Shown here: piece after piece, positions 22,833 through 33,812 of the stretch
Numbering within the stretch: the first letter of the stretch is position 1
Layout: each line of letters begins with the position of its first letter
NCBI RefSeq assembly: GCF_964188315.1
Contig: NC_135659.1
Location: forward strand, 21,266,001-21,330,000
Direction: 5' to 3'
Length of the DNA: 64,000 bases
Source: Podarcis muralis
Lineage: Eukaryota
Translations under genes and position numbers: made by a program
Notes under the pieces: generated by a model
Database searches by the model: none
What the model was told of the DNA's origin: nothing
The model's input: the letters and a program-made list of their open reading frames with translations, nothing else

Positions 22833-23475
22833 CATAGAATCATAGAATCATAGAGTTGGAATAGACCACAAGGGCCATTGAGTTCAACCCCCTGCCAAGC
22901 AGGAAACACCATCAGAGCACTCCTGACATATGGTTGTCAAGCCTCTGCTTAAAGACCTCCAAAGAAGGAGACTCCACCACACTCCTTGGCAGCAAATTCC
23001 ACTGTCGAACAGCTCTTACTGTCAGGAAGTTCTTCCTAATGTTTAAGTGGAATCTTCTTTCTTGTAGTTTGGATCCATTGCTCCATGTCCGCTTCTCTGG
23101 AGCAGCAGAAAACAACCTTTCTCCCTCCTCTATATGACATCTTTTTATATATTTGAACATGGCTATCATATCACCCCTTAACCTCCTCTTCTCCAGGCTA
23201 AACATGCCCAGCTCCCTTAGCCGTTCCTCATAAGGCATTGTTTCCAGGCCTTTGACCATTTTGGTTGCCCTCCTCTGGACACATTCCAGTTTGTCAGTGT
23301 CCTTCTTGAACTGTGGTGCCCAGAACTGGACACAGTACTCCAGGTGAGGTCTGACCAGAGCAGAATACAGTGGCACTATTACTTCCCTTGATCTAGAGGC
23401 TATACTCCTATTGATGCAGCCCAGAATTGCATTGGCTTTTTTAGCTGCCGCATCACACTGTTGGCTCATGTCAAC
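22833..23475 (-). mobile_element. CR1 LINE, 5'-truncated, open ORF2 C-terminus
   Basis: ORF 22912-23496 ([22 protein letters not shown]...[19 protein letters not shown]...[11 protein letters not shown]...[14 protein letters not shown]) is the CR1 ORF2 C-terminus; (ATTCTATG)n tail at 22833-22853. Confidence 0.95.
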
Positions 23476-23948
23476 ATGATCAGTAATGACTGGCAAACAT
23501 GTTCCTGGTTTAAGAAAGATCTTTTGTTTCTCTTTTTATAAGTTCTATGTGTAGCAGCGGGGTATGTGGGGAGGATTTGGGAAGCTCTGAAAGCCTTCTT
23601 CGCATTGGGCTGCAGCTCCTAAGAGGCTTGTTTGGTGCCAGTGTTGATGTCATTTTGGTGCTGAATGAAGAGCAGGATTTTTAGCTTTTTAAACATTTTA
23701 CAAAGTTTAAACCATGTTTAGCTTTACAGTCTACAACAGATTTAAATATTCCAGTCCAGAAAACTGCACTTGTCATTCAGATTCCCTACATTCTGCCAAA
23801 CCCATACGTAATCTCCTCCATGCCTCTTACCTAAATGGATACCAACCCTTTTCCAGTCTAGCAACATGTCCACATTCCTCAGGCTTTACCCTGGTCTCAC
23901 ACTGAAAATACTTCTTTTGTGCAAATTAATTCATTCCTCTGTATAAGC

Positions 23949-24084
23949 CAGGCTTCCTCAACCTCAGCCCTCCAGGTGTTTTTGGCCTACAACTCCCATG
24001 ATTCCTAGCTAGCAGGACCAGTGGTCAGGGATGATGGGAATTGTAGTCTCAAAATATCTGGAGGGCCAAGGTTGAGGGAGCCTC
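23949..24084. mobile_element. Palindromic hAT-like MITE (about 135 bp)
   Basis: caggcttcctcaacctcagccctccag..ctacaactcccatgat / atgatgggaattgtag..ctggagggccaaggttgagggagcct form long imperfect inverted arms. Confidence 0.75.
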
Positions 24085-25129
24085 TTTTGTGAGGAAAGTC
24101 TTTGTCTGTTTTTCTATCCAGGAAAAATACTAGATTTCCCTCCCTAAATCATTTTTTTTTTAAATGAAAATAAATGAAACACACTTTTTAAAAAGTCCCA
24201 TGTAGCTGTGGAAGATTTCTGAAACCCTTTCACTCCAAGTTTTTTTTAATGAACCTTTTGGGGTTCTAACACTTTGTAGTTAGAGTGGGAAATTGATTTC
24301 AAGGTTCTTTTAGAAGTATTTGTCGGTAAGCTTTAAGCATCGTGTAGTATATGCAAGTACATGGACTTCTGAACAGAACAGTAAGATTGCCTTGATTTTT
24401 TGTTAGGTGTTTTCAAATCATTTAACAGTTGTTTTCAGCTATTAAAATGACAAAGATTGGGTATTAGCTTAGTCATTACAAATGCCCTTGAAATGATTTA
24501 GTCTTAGAGTTTTGTTGGATGCAGAAGCTATTATCTTTGCAGTTTTTTTCTGCAATGTACAGGTACCAAAAAAATGTTAAACTTGTAATTCATCAGGGTT
24601 CGTATATTGATAACACATTGTCTTGAGAAATGTAAAATGTAAAACATCCTTCTTGCTCCCTCTTGTTAGTACATGGCTATTTGGTCATGTCTGGATGATT
24701 ATATATCAGCTTAATCAACTGAGATATGAACGAGCCTTGTACCCTGCACATAGCCTTTTGGCTTCTTCCTTTGGGTGAGCAAGCAAACAAGCCGGGAAAT
24801 ATTCAGTTAACTATTGTTAACCTTACTTTCCCAAATTGTCTATAATAGAAAATGAATTTGGAACATGTCAGGATGTGAAACCATGGGTTGAATCTGGCCG
24901 ATATCCTGGGATTGTTCCAGAGCCATTAACCATGGTTTCCTAATTTGGATGCAATGGGAAATTGTAGGTAGCCAAATATTTCCTGCCTTGTTTTATTCAT
25001 GTGAAAGAAGGAGTGATGTGGCTGCATGTGGACTGCAAAGAGGTTTGTTCATATGTTATCTTATTAAGTCATGATATGTATGTCTGCAGCTTTAGGGAAA
25101 CATTAAGTGTGCATGCTAAGTGGAATATA

Positions 25130-25372
25130 CGGTGGTATCTCGGGTTACATACGCTTCAGGTTACAGGCGCTTCAGGTTACAGACTCCGCTAACCCAGAAA
25201 TATTACCTCGGGTTAAGAACTTTGCTTCAGGATGAGAACAGAAATTGTGCAGCGGTGGTGCAGCGGCAGCGGGAGGCCCCTATTAGCTAAAGTGGTGCTT
25301 CAGGTTAAGAACAGTTTCAGGTTAAGAACAGACCTCAAGAACGAATTAAGTTCTTAAACCGAGGTACCACTG
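25130..25372. mobile_element. Tigger/pogo-like MITE (CAGTGGTACCTCGGGTTA family)
   Basis: TA-CGGTGGTATCTCGGGTTAC ... TTCTTAAACCGAGGTACCACTG-TA; internal TTCAGGTTA repeats; homologous to 30140-30440. Confidence 0.88.
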
Positions 25373-26403
25373 TACAAGTTTGTTTTAAGGGTACTAATGA
25401 TTACAAAACCTCTTGTAGAATAAAAAATCAGGTATTGAGTAGTACAACACCCAGTTTAAGGCTATTTAATGTCACCACCCCACCAATATTATTGTCTTCC
25501 TTTGAGGGAAAAGTAAATTGTTCTGTATAAATAAACAACGAATATCTTCCATTAGCATGGAAGTTCCTTTGCTTCTAGTTGTTGATTAGCCAACGAGAAT
25601 GGATGTATTTGTCATAAATTTGCTAGGCTGCGATAGTTTGGGATTGTTCAGGGGAAATGGGGAACCCGACCTTATTAATACTGTGTTAATGGGCTCTTCC
25701 ATAGTAAAACACAAACAAAGACCAACTCTTAAATAGTACTCTGGGCTTCTGGAATTCTCCCTAAGGCAATCAATTTAATCAGTACCAGGTGCTGTGTGTT
25801 GCTTGGACAAACTTGAAAGAATGTCCTTTATAAAATAACTTCTTATTCCACCCCCCCTCCCAGTATGTGATCATTTTAGTACTGTTCCTTCTCCTGCACT
25901 TAAGACTATATAACCATTTCTTACTGGGGAAAGATTTGGTAAAGATCATGTCCATCACAAAACTTAAATCTAACAAGAAAAAACGATTGCAAGAGAAGCA
26001 TGGACTTGACTTTGGAAGGGATCAGTCGCACATAGTATCTTTAGGCCACAGGGACATAATTTCAGATTCTCTTGAAAAAATCGTGTTACACAACAATGTA
26101 TGTAAGCTGTGTTAAACAGCATCCCTTGATGACTCTGTTTCCTGGTTTATAGTAGCACCCCTCCCCCATTTTAGATATCAAATTGTTTTATGTGCCCTAT
26201 GGGAACATAGTTGCTCACTTTGCTAATGGTGTGTTGTTCGAAACATTAAATTTGGCATAGTGTAGTTACAGTTCATTGAAGCTTTTATTTGTGTAGTACA
26301 GCTTGTCCACACACAGAGAAGGGGGGATTTTCACTTTCCCCCCTGAAACAGCAACTCCACTCCTCTGTATTGAAAACTTCTTTTGAATCCCCTATGAACT
26401 TAT

Positions 26404-26549
26404 AGGGACCTCTGACCATTAAGTCCAGTCGTGAATGACTCTGGGGTTGCGGCGCTCATCTCGCTTTACTGACTGAGGGAGCCGATGTTTGTCCACAGAC
26501 AGTTTTTCCAGGTCATGTGGCCAGCATGACTAAGCCGCTCCTGGCGAAC
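26404..26549 (-). mobile_element. Sauria SINE 3' fragment
   Basis: gggacctctgaccattaagtccagtcgtgaatgactctggggttgcggcgctcatctcgc...ggtcatgtggccagcatgactaagccgc matches the full copy at 43290. Confidence 0.85.
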
Positions 26550-27637
26550 TTAAAATGAATTACTGGTATATTATGCAACTTGAGAGGAGAGAGGAGAGGA
26601 CCCTGCGAGTGCTAGCCATGAGTAGCAGTCTGAGACAGGACCCAGAAGCTGTTGGACAAGTTAAAAGTCAGGACTGAAGAGCAAGTCTAGAAGAGCACAA
26701 ATGAAGAGCAAGCATACAGGAACATGCCAGAGCTTAGGAAGACCATGTTGCTCAATCGAGGCTCAGCAGGAACAGGAAATCCTGTTTGTTCATTCCTGCC
26801 CAGAAAGATCCAATGGCCTACCTCGGAGGCTGGAGTCATTCTACCGTGTGTAATTTAGTGGTTCACCACATAGATGAGTGTCACACAGATCCAGCAGCTC
26901 CTGACAATAATTGTTGATGTGGTGGTGGTGGTTGTTAATTAAATTTGTATACCACCCTTCATGTGAAGATCTCAGAGCATAAAACCCTTTTAGTTCATGG
27001 AACAACTGCATTGGGTTGACAGAAATGCCTTCAGCACACCTCCTTTCCATCACCCTAGGCAACTAGAGTAATGCATAAAACTATTTCATAATATGGTAGC
27101 ATGCTTGTGCAAAGTGTGGCTCTCTGTTACCAACCAGCAGTTGTGTGCAGAGCTATTTTATCACAAGAGTGCAGTATCCACTAGTGCAATGCAAGCTTCT
27201 AACCCAATAATGACCTCCTCAGTAATCTTGTGAATTAGCCAATAACCCAGTAAAACAAGCACTCGGCTGCTTAAATACTTGCAGCTGGACAAATCATTAT
27301 ATGTGTCGTCCAAATAATTTCTGCTGTTTCTCTAACAAGGCTCTTATGAACTTCAGAAGCCATTGCCATAGCTTTTGAGGTGGGAGACTTAAGTTACAAA
27401 TGTTGATACAAAGGATACTTTGCTGTCATTCTTACATAAAATCTAGGATGCAATATGCGCAACATAAGATCTAGGTGTTAAAACAAAGAACTGTAAGATG
27501 ACAATCGGTGAGTCAGTATTCCTGAAATATTGTAAAATATTGTATATTAACGCTGCACATTTTAAGGTAAATTTCCATAGCTGTCCGGTTTTACTTAGTC
27601 AACTTGCTTAATTTTTTAGGCTGTACTCCTAGACATA

Positions 27638-27873
27638 CTCCTGCCAACCTAGCAGTTTGAAAGCACGTCAAAGTGCAAGTAGATAAATAGGTACTGCTCT
27701 GGCGGGAAGGTAAACAGCATTTCCGTGCGCTGCTCTGGTTCGCCAGAAGCGGCTTAGTCATGCTGGCCACGTGACCTGGAGCTCCCTCGGCCAATAAAGT
27801 GAGATGAGCGCTGCAACCCCAGAGTCAGCCACGACTGGACCTAATGGTCAGGGGTCCCTTTACCTTTACCTTT
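27638..27873 (+). mobile_element. Sauria SINE, 5'-truncated, followed by 53 bp of flank shared with the copy at 43290
   Basis: ctcctgccaacctagcagtttgaaagcacgtcaaagtgcaagtagataaataggtac...ggggtccctttacctttaccttt; (ACCTTT)n tail. Confidence 0.92.
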
Positions 27874-30139
27874 AAACCTTGTTGGAAACAGTGGGTCTGA
27901 CTTTTGAGAATTTCAATGTTAGTTAACCTACTATTTATTTGCTTTTCTCCCTTATATAGGTCCTTTCTTCCTAATTTATTCCTGGGTTTGGGATCAAACT
28001 ATACATTTCACTTCAGGGTTTTTTTTTTTTATTAGAATAATTGAGACCTGGCATGTCTCTTTTTAACAAAAAGCAATTGGAGGTGCCATTTGGGATCATG
28101 GTGCAGGGTTGAGGTAACCCATGCCATTTTCCTGCAATAAAATAAAATAAAAATCCCTGATGGGTGCTGTTTTCTGCAAATAGATGGTTCTGTTGCTGAG
28201 TTTAACATTGGGGACATTTAGACGTTATTGCTTACCACTCAACCTGACCACAGTGTCCAGGAAGGGAAGGGGTCTACAATAACGTAACTTGTCCCCTTCA
28301 GTGTGATACAGCAGGGATCAGATGTTGGTGTCTCACCACGATGAGTGGTGGGGACAGGGCAAATAGGAACCTGAAGTACCTGGTGGGTTGAGGTTTCTGT
28401 CTGGTAAGTTTAAAAAAAACATGAACATGCCTGCTGTGTTTTCCCAAAGGCAATCAGATTCTTGGAAGCTAATCACACGCGCCAAGTCTTGGGATTTTAA
28501 TGCCAAGGTGATCTAAGCAAGAGAGTGTGTTTTTCATTCTGGCTCTGAGACTTATAGCAGCTGAGGGCTGCAACATTTCTCTTTTGCCAGGCATGTTCTA
28601 AACCCCAAGTCGTAAACTTTTGCTTCTGTGTTTTCCATCAACACCAGCTTGCTTTTCAATATTTAGTCAAAACTGACTATACAGTGCTAGACCTTCCTTC
28701 CCCACTCTATTAGTCAGATGCTATTTTTTTTCGTCATAACATTCCATTCATGTGACTTATCTTGCTATCGTTCTGCTTTGCCACTCAGTCTCCTTCCTGA
28801 ATCATAACTTGCAGCACAGAGAGTTTGCTTTCTATCATCTCAGCATTTGCAATGCACAGAGGTGTGAGAATCCTGGGGTGTGTTCCTGCTAAAGTTCGTC
28901 TTTCCGCTTCTCTTAGCAATTTGGCTGGTTAAAATATATTTGTCCTGTGAGATTTACGCAGCATCCTGATTCCTTGGTTAACATCTGTTGCCAAAGCTGT
29001 TTGTTTTTGCTTTCCCTGGCCGTGTGTATTCAACATAGTTAGGGCATTTTTTTTGGATGACAAAAATGGGGACAATTAAAATTACCTTGCTTCTATAGGA
29101 GAACTTCCCCAAACAAGCACAGATTTTGGAAGAAAGTCATAATGGGAAAATGATTGACAGGACCACTGTCCTTGCTACCTTAATTCTAGTGAGGGCTTCT
29201 AAGTGATGATGAAAAAGTGCATTGCTGGTTGGGGGTTGCAAAGCTTCTTGGTGCTCTTGTTTTATACTTCAGAGGCAGCCTTTCATTTGCTTGTTTATTT
29301 GCTTTCACAATATGTGCACACTTCAAGTTACAGCAAAAAAGCACACCTGCAATTTTCAATCCCATCAGACATCCACATATCACCATGTATCTGATGACAC
29401 CCATCAACAACACTGGAAAACCTTGCCAAAGAAACACTGCTTTGTTTGCCAGGAAGACCCACTGAACATGAACATGTTGCCTAAGAGCAGAATTCCAGGG
29501 GGGCATATGCAACTCTCTTGTGGTGCTGACCTTTAGGGGTTTCTCTCTAGGTCCTGACTCCCTGGAAAGTAGCTGTCGTCACATAGACATTAGGGGTCCT
29601 CTTAAATGAGATAGCATGTACAGAAATGCATCTCCAGATCTAGACTTGTATAACTATCTTGATTATCATCATCACGCCAGATGCGCTTAAAAAATGAATG
29701 TCACGGTTCATTTTATGCCAATGTTTCTGAAATGTCAGATAGCTGAAACACGCTTTTTCTCTGAATTAAAATTCAAGGCACGCTTCTTGTATTCCCAAAG
29801 GTTTACATTTAGCGTGTGTAAATTATATTTAAAAAGTATCCACCCATGGTGCAGCCTAGTTTCTGTATGAGTCGCTGATCTGGGCGTGCCATGTGATTGG
29901 AAGGAGATGAGTTTAGAGCAATTGGCTTGTGCAGAAGCACAACAGAAAGCCTCCCCTGAGAATGTGTCATTCTGCTGCTGCTTCTCTACATGAACAGTGG
30001 TTGAATGATGCAATCACACACCCACCATGGAGATGCTGTAGAATTACCCACTCCCCCAGTGTAGGCTGCTTAGAAGAGGCAAAGCTAGAGCAGCGTAGCA
30101 TTCAGAGATGCAGCAGGGGGCCTCTTCCGTGTTTATGTA

Positions 30140-30440
30140 CAGTGGTACCTCAGGTTACAGACGCTTCAGGTTACAAACTCTGCTAACCCAGATATAGTAC
30201 CTCGGTTAAGAACTTTGCTTCAGGATGAGAACAGAAATCGTGGCATGGTGGCAGCGGGAGGTCCCATTAGCTAAAGTGGTACCTCAGGTTAAGAACAGTT
30301 TCTCTTTTTTTAATAATTTTTTTTATTAACAATTTCAACATATATGTATATATGTATATATATATATAGAGAGAGAGAACAGTTTCAGGTTAAGAACGGA
30401 CCTCCAGAATGGATTAAGTTCTTAACCCGAGGTACCACTG
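30140..30440. mobile_element. Tigger/pogo-like MITE carrying a 73-bp internal insertion
   Basis: TA-CAGTGGTACCTCAGGTTAC ... CTTAACCCGAGGTACCACTG-TA; alignment to 25130-25372 shows an insert at 30303-30375 flanked by AGAACAGTTTC. Confidence 0.9.
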
Positions 30441-30617
30441 TACTCTTGTGAATGGGTACTACGCACAGCAGGTATTAATTATTTAATTTAATGCATATTT
30501 CATGTCACATAGTTTGGGGATTTCTCACTTATGCAACATTACTTTTAGGGCACGAAATTAAAGCAAACATTGATTATATATATCCTGTTTTTTCCTTTTT
30601 TCCTTTTTTTAAACAAG

Positions 30618-30680
30618 ATATTTGATTTAATGGATGCCAAAGCCCGTGCTGATTGCATCAAAGAAATAGATCTTCTTAAG
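30618..30680 (+). CDS. NEK7: NEK7 exon 4 (IFDLMDAKARADCIKEIDLLK), alphaC helix
   Basis: aacaag|ATATTT ... CTTAAG|gtaaat; 63 nt, phase 0-0. Confidence 0.97.
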
Positions 30681-33600
30681 GTAAATATGTACAATGACTT
30701 TCTTTTTTTACTTGAATGAAGGTGAACTTTAGCATATATTTGTTCAGATTTTTATTATTCCCAAGTCTAAAGATTTGGGAGAAGGCATACCTAAAATGTC
30801 TTCACTGTGGATTTAGGATGATACAGGGGCATGCATGTATTTTAAATGCAGCTGCCGCAAAGCTTGCATATCCTCAGCTGGTTTTTGAGGCAATAGAGTT
30901 GCATTTCGACTCTCCATAGCTAATAACCAGAGCAGAACTTACTTGATATGTTTATTTACTTCTCTGTGTGTGTCATTGTGATTTGTATCTCACTGCCCTT
31001 CAGGGCAGCTTACAGACAACAGCAACAACAGCAGCAAGGTTCATAATAAATAACAAATGAAAGCTAAAATGATAGGAACCTATTCTAGCTTTAGCCTCAT
31101 TAATTCCCGCCCCCCCTCCAAAAAAAAAAAAAAAAAACCCTGCTACAAAATATATAAGATTACTTTTTCATGAAACAGGTGGCAGGTCAACTGTTGTTTT
31201 TTTAAAAAATAAATTGCACCATAATCTCAAATATCTGCTGAAAGTAGAAAAGAACCTAAGGAACAAGTTAAAAATAGAACTGGCCTAATGAATTTCTCAG
31301 GAGTTCCATAATGAGCATCCCATTACCGAAAAGATATCCTTCATTTCATCCCAGCTGCCCTCACTTCAGTCAAAGATGGAACTTGGGAGCAGAATTTGTC
31401 TGCTGATCTTCGCAATTGTTTACTTGGAAAAAAGGCTCTCTCCAGCATATACTGTATTTATGCCTTTTGCATAAGAATTTAGGATGCTGCCCAGACTATT
31501 TGACCATCTAGCTCATTCTGACTGTTGCTCCACGGCCTTGGGCAGAAAGAGGGCTTTTCTAAGACTGCCCCCTGGCAATCCCTTTAGGTTGGGCCTGCTA
31601 TATGTAAAGTTTTTTCTCAGCCACTGAGCTACTACCCCTCCCCTACAATATATGTATAGAACACATAATGTGCACACACATGCACACAAAGATACAGTGC
31701 TTTTGTATTCCTTTTATGCATGTCAGTCTCCCATCCATATCACATTGCATTGTAAGCTGCCTTTAAAAAGTTTAAAGTGGGAACCAAGAGCTGCCCTAGT
31801 TGTTACTGAGAGCTTATCCTTGTAGGATTTTCCCTTTGAACTGCTGGCCTCCACTCCCCACCTTCCGCCACCTTACCAAGTTATATCAGAAACAGCTGTT
31901 TTTGAATTAGGTTTGTTATGTAGGTGGGGGTGAAGACTTGCCATACAAGAATCCTTAGTTCTCGAAAGCAGACTGCAGTGTGATCCAGAGAAGATGCACT
32001 TTGTAAAACAAGGACAAAAGCCTTGTCTGTGCACACACAAACTTTTTTGTTCCTCTAAAGTGCCTTACTGAATACTGATTGTGAACGATGCAAAGATGCT
32101 TATATAAATAAGGTGAGTTACAGTTTACAGGAGGGGGCTTTCCTTTGGAGTGAATGTGGCTCTTCTTTTCCTGTTTGTTGTTGCCAACCAGAAAGATGCT
32201 CTGACAAAATTCCCAGGTTTTAGGTTTTTGGGGCTTTAAAAAGAAAGTTTCTGGTCTTTGTGATTGCAGAAGGTGACACATGTTGTTTCTTGACGACTAT
32301 TATTGTGCTTACTCTCTGCTTTAAAAATATAACAAACCTTACCTGTGATTTTAAAGGTTATTTAGGTGTCTGCACCTAACTTCCCACCCTGCCGCTTCCC
32401 CTCTGCCCCAGCCGTAGGTCTTTGTGCTGTACTAGCAACTGTTCCTTTATATTTTTAGGAGTGCCTTGTTAGATAGAACATGGGTATTTTTGGTAGGAGG
32501 TGCCTCATTGCACATATAGAAAATTCCATGCACCTTACTGACAACTTTGTGGAGGACCTTGCTATGTCTATGGAAGATATGGTATTGGAGAGGTTCTCTG
32601 TGATGTCTGCTCTGTGGTTGAGCAGATGATGGATTTGATTACAGAAACCACCCTTGGTCAGATGTGCACCTAGGAAGTAGTAGCCTAGGCTACCTGTGTG
32701 GGCAGACTGAGCCCCATGTGATTCTGCCCGGCAGGAACAAAAAACATAATAGGAAGCTTTGCTGTAAGAGAGTAGGGACTAGAAAAAGCTCATAGCTGCA
32801 TTGCATTCATTTCTTCACCTATTGATAATCATGCCTTGAAATAGCTTTTCAGTTCAGTTTCATGATCATTGTACATATCAAGAGATATGTAGCTATATGC
32901 TTTGAATACAAAATAGATTTTTTTAAACTTTTGAGGCAAAATTTAAGACAGTGTGATAAGTTTTTTACATTCCTCAACGTGTACTCTATGTGGATTGTTA
33001 TTATTACTTTTCTTGACCTGGCCATAAGCCTGCCAAAAGTTTGCTTTGCTGAGTTTTTCTTGTCTGTCTGGAGGCATTCAGCTTTAAAAACCTCAATAAT
33101 CTTCTGAGAAAGAGCAAAATATTGCAAATATATCCATTTTAGAATAATCCAATGGATGCATTTGGAAATTAGTGGTACCTTTATTAATCCTGTGAGTGGA
33201 GTGTAGAATGCAAAACCTCTTCTGGTTCCAAATTCTACTTTAGTTTTGTTTTACAATGGTCATTGGTTGAGAAGCTAATGAAGTTTTTTTTTTGTTTTAT
33301 CATGGACAATTGAAAGTTGAAGACGTGTTTTTTCTTCTTTTTTAAATGGCATGTTCTTTGGCTTTCTTGCATAAGTCATCCGATAGCTTTGTGTGCCCCA
33401 TTCCTAACTAATTAAGGGGCTCCCCCCCCCCCAAATAGACATGCTGTAGTAGCTGCTGTATTATTTCCTGACTTAGTTCAAGGGGCTGGTATCCTCTTCG
33501 TTAAGTTTGATTTTTAGACTTGGTTCACGGTTTTTTGTTATCTAAAAATAATGCATGCAAATAATGAACAAATGAATGTTGTTTTCTTTTAGTACAGAAA

Positions 33601-33701
33601 TGGGTGTTCTCCCCCGCCCCTGTGTATATAGGATTAAATGGCGGAAACCAATAGTTGAGGCTATACGTACTGTAGACTGAAGTATCTGTTTCTTTTTCTA
33701 G

Positions 33702-33812
33702 CAATTGAATCATCCAAATGTAATCAAATACTATGCATCATTTATTGAAGACAATGAACTAAATATTGTACTGGAATTAGCAGATGCTGGAGACCTATCT
33801 AGAATGATCAAG
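33702..33812 (+). CDS. NEK7: NEK7 exon 5 ([11 protein letters not shown]...DLSRMIK)
   Basis: ttctag|CAATTG ... ATCAAG|gtaggc; 111 nt, phase 0-0; contains autoinhibitory Tyr97. Confidence 0.98.
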
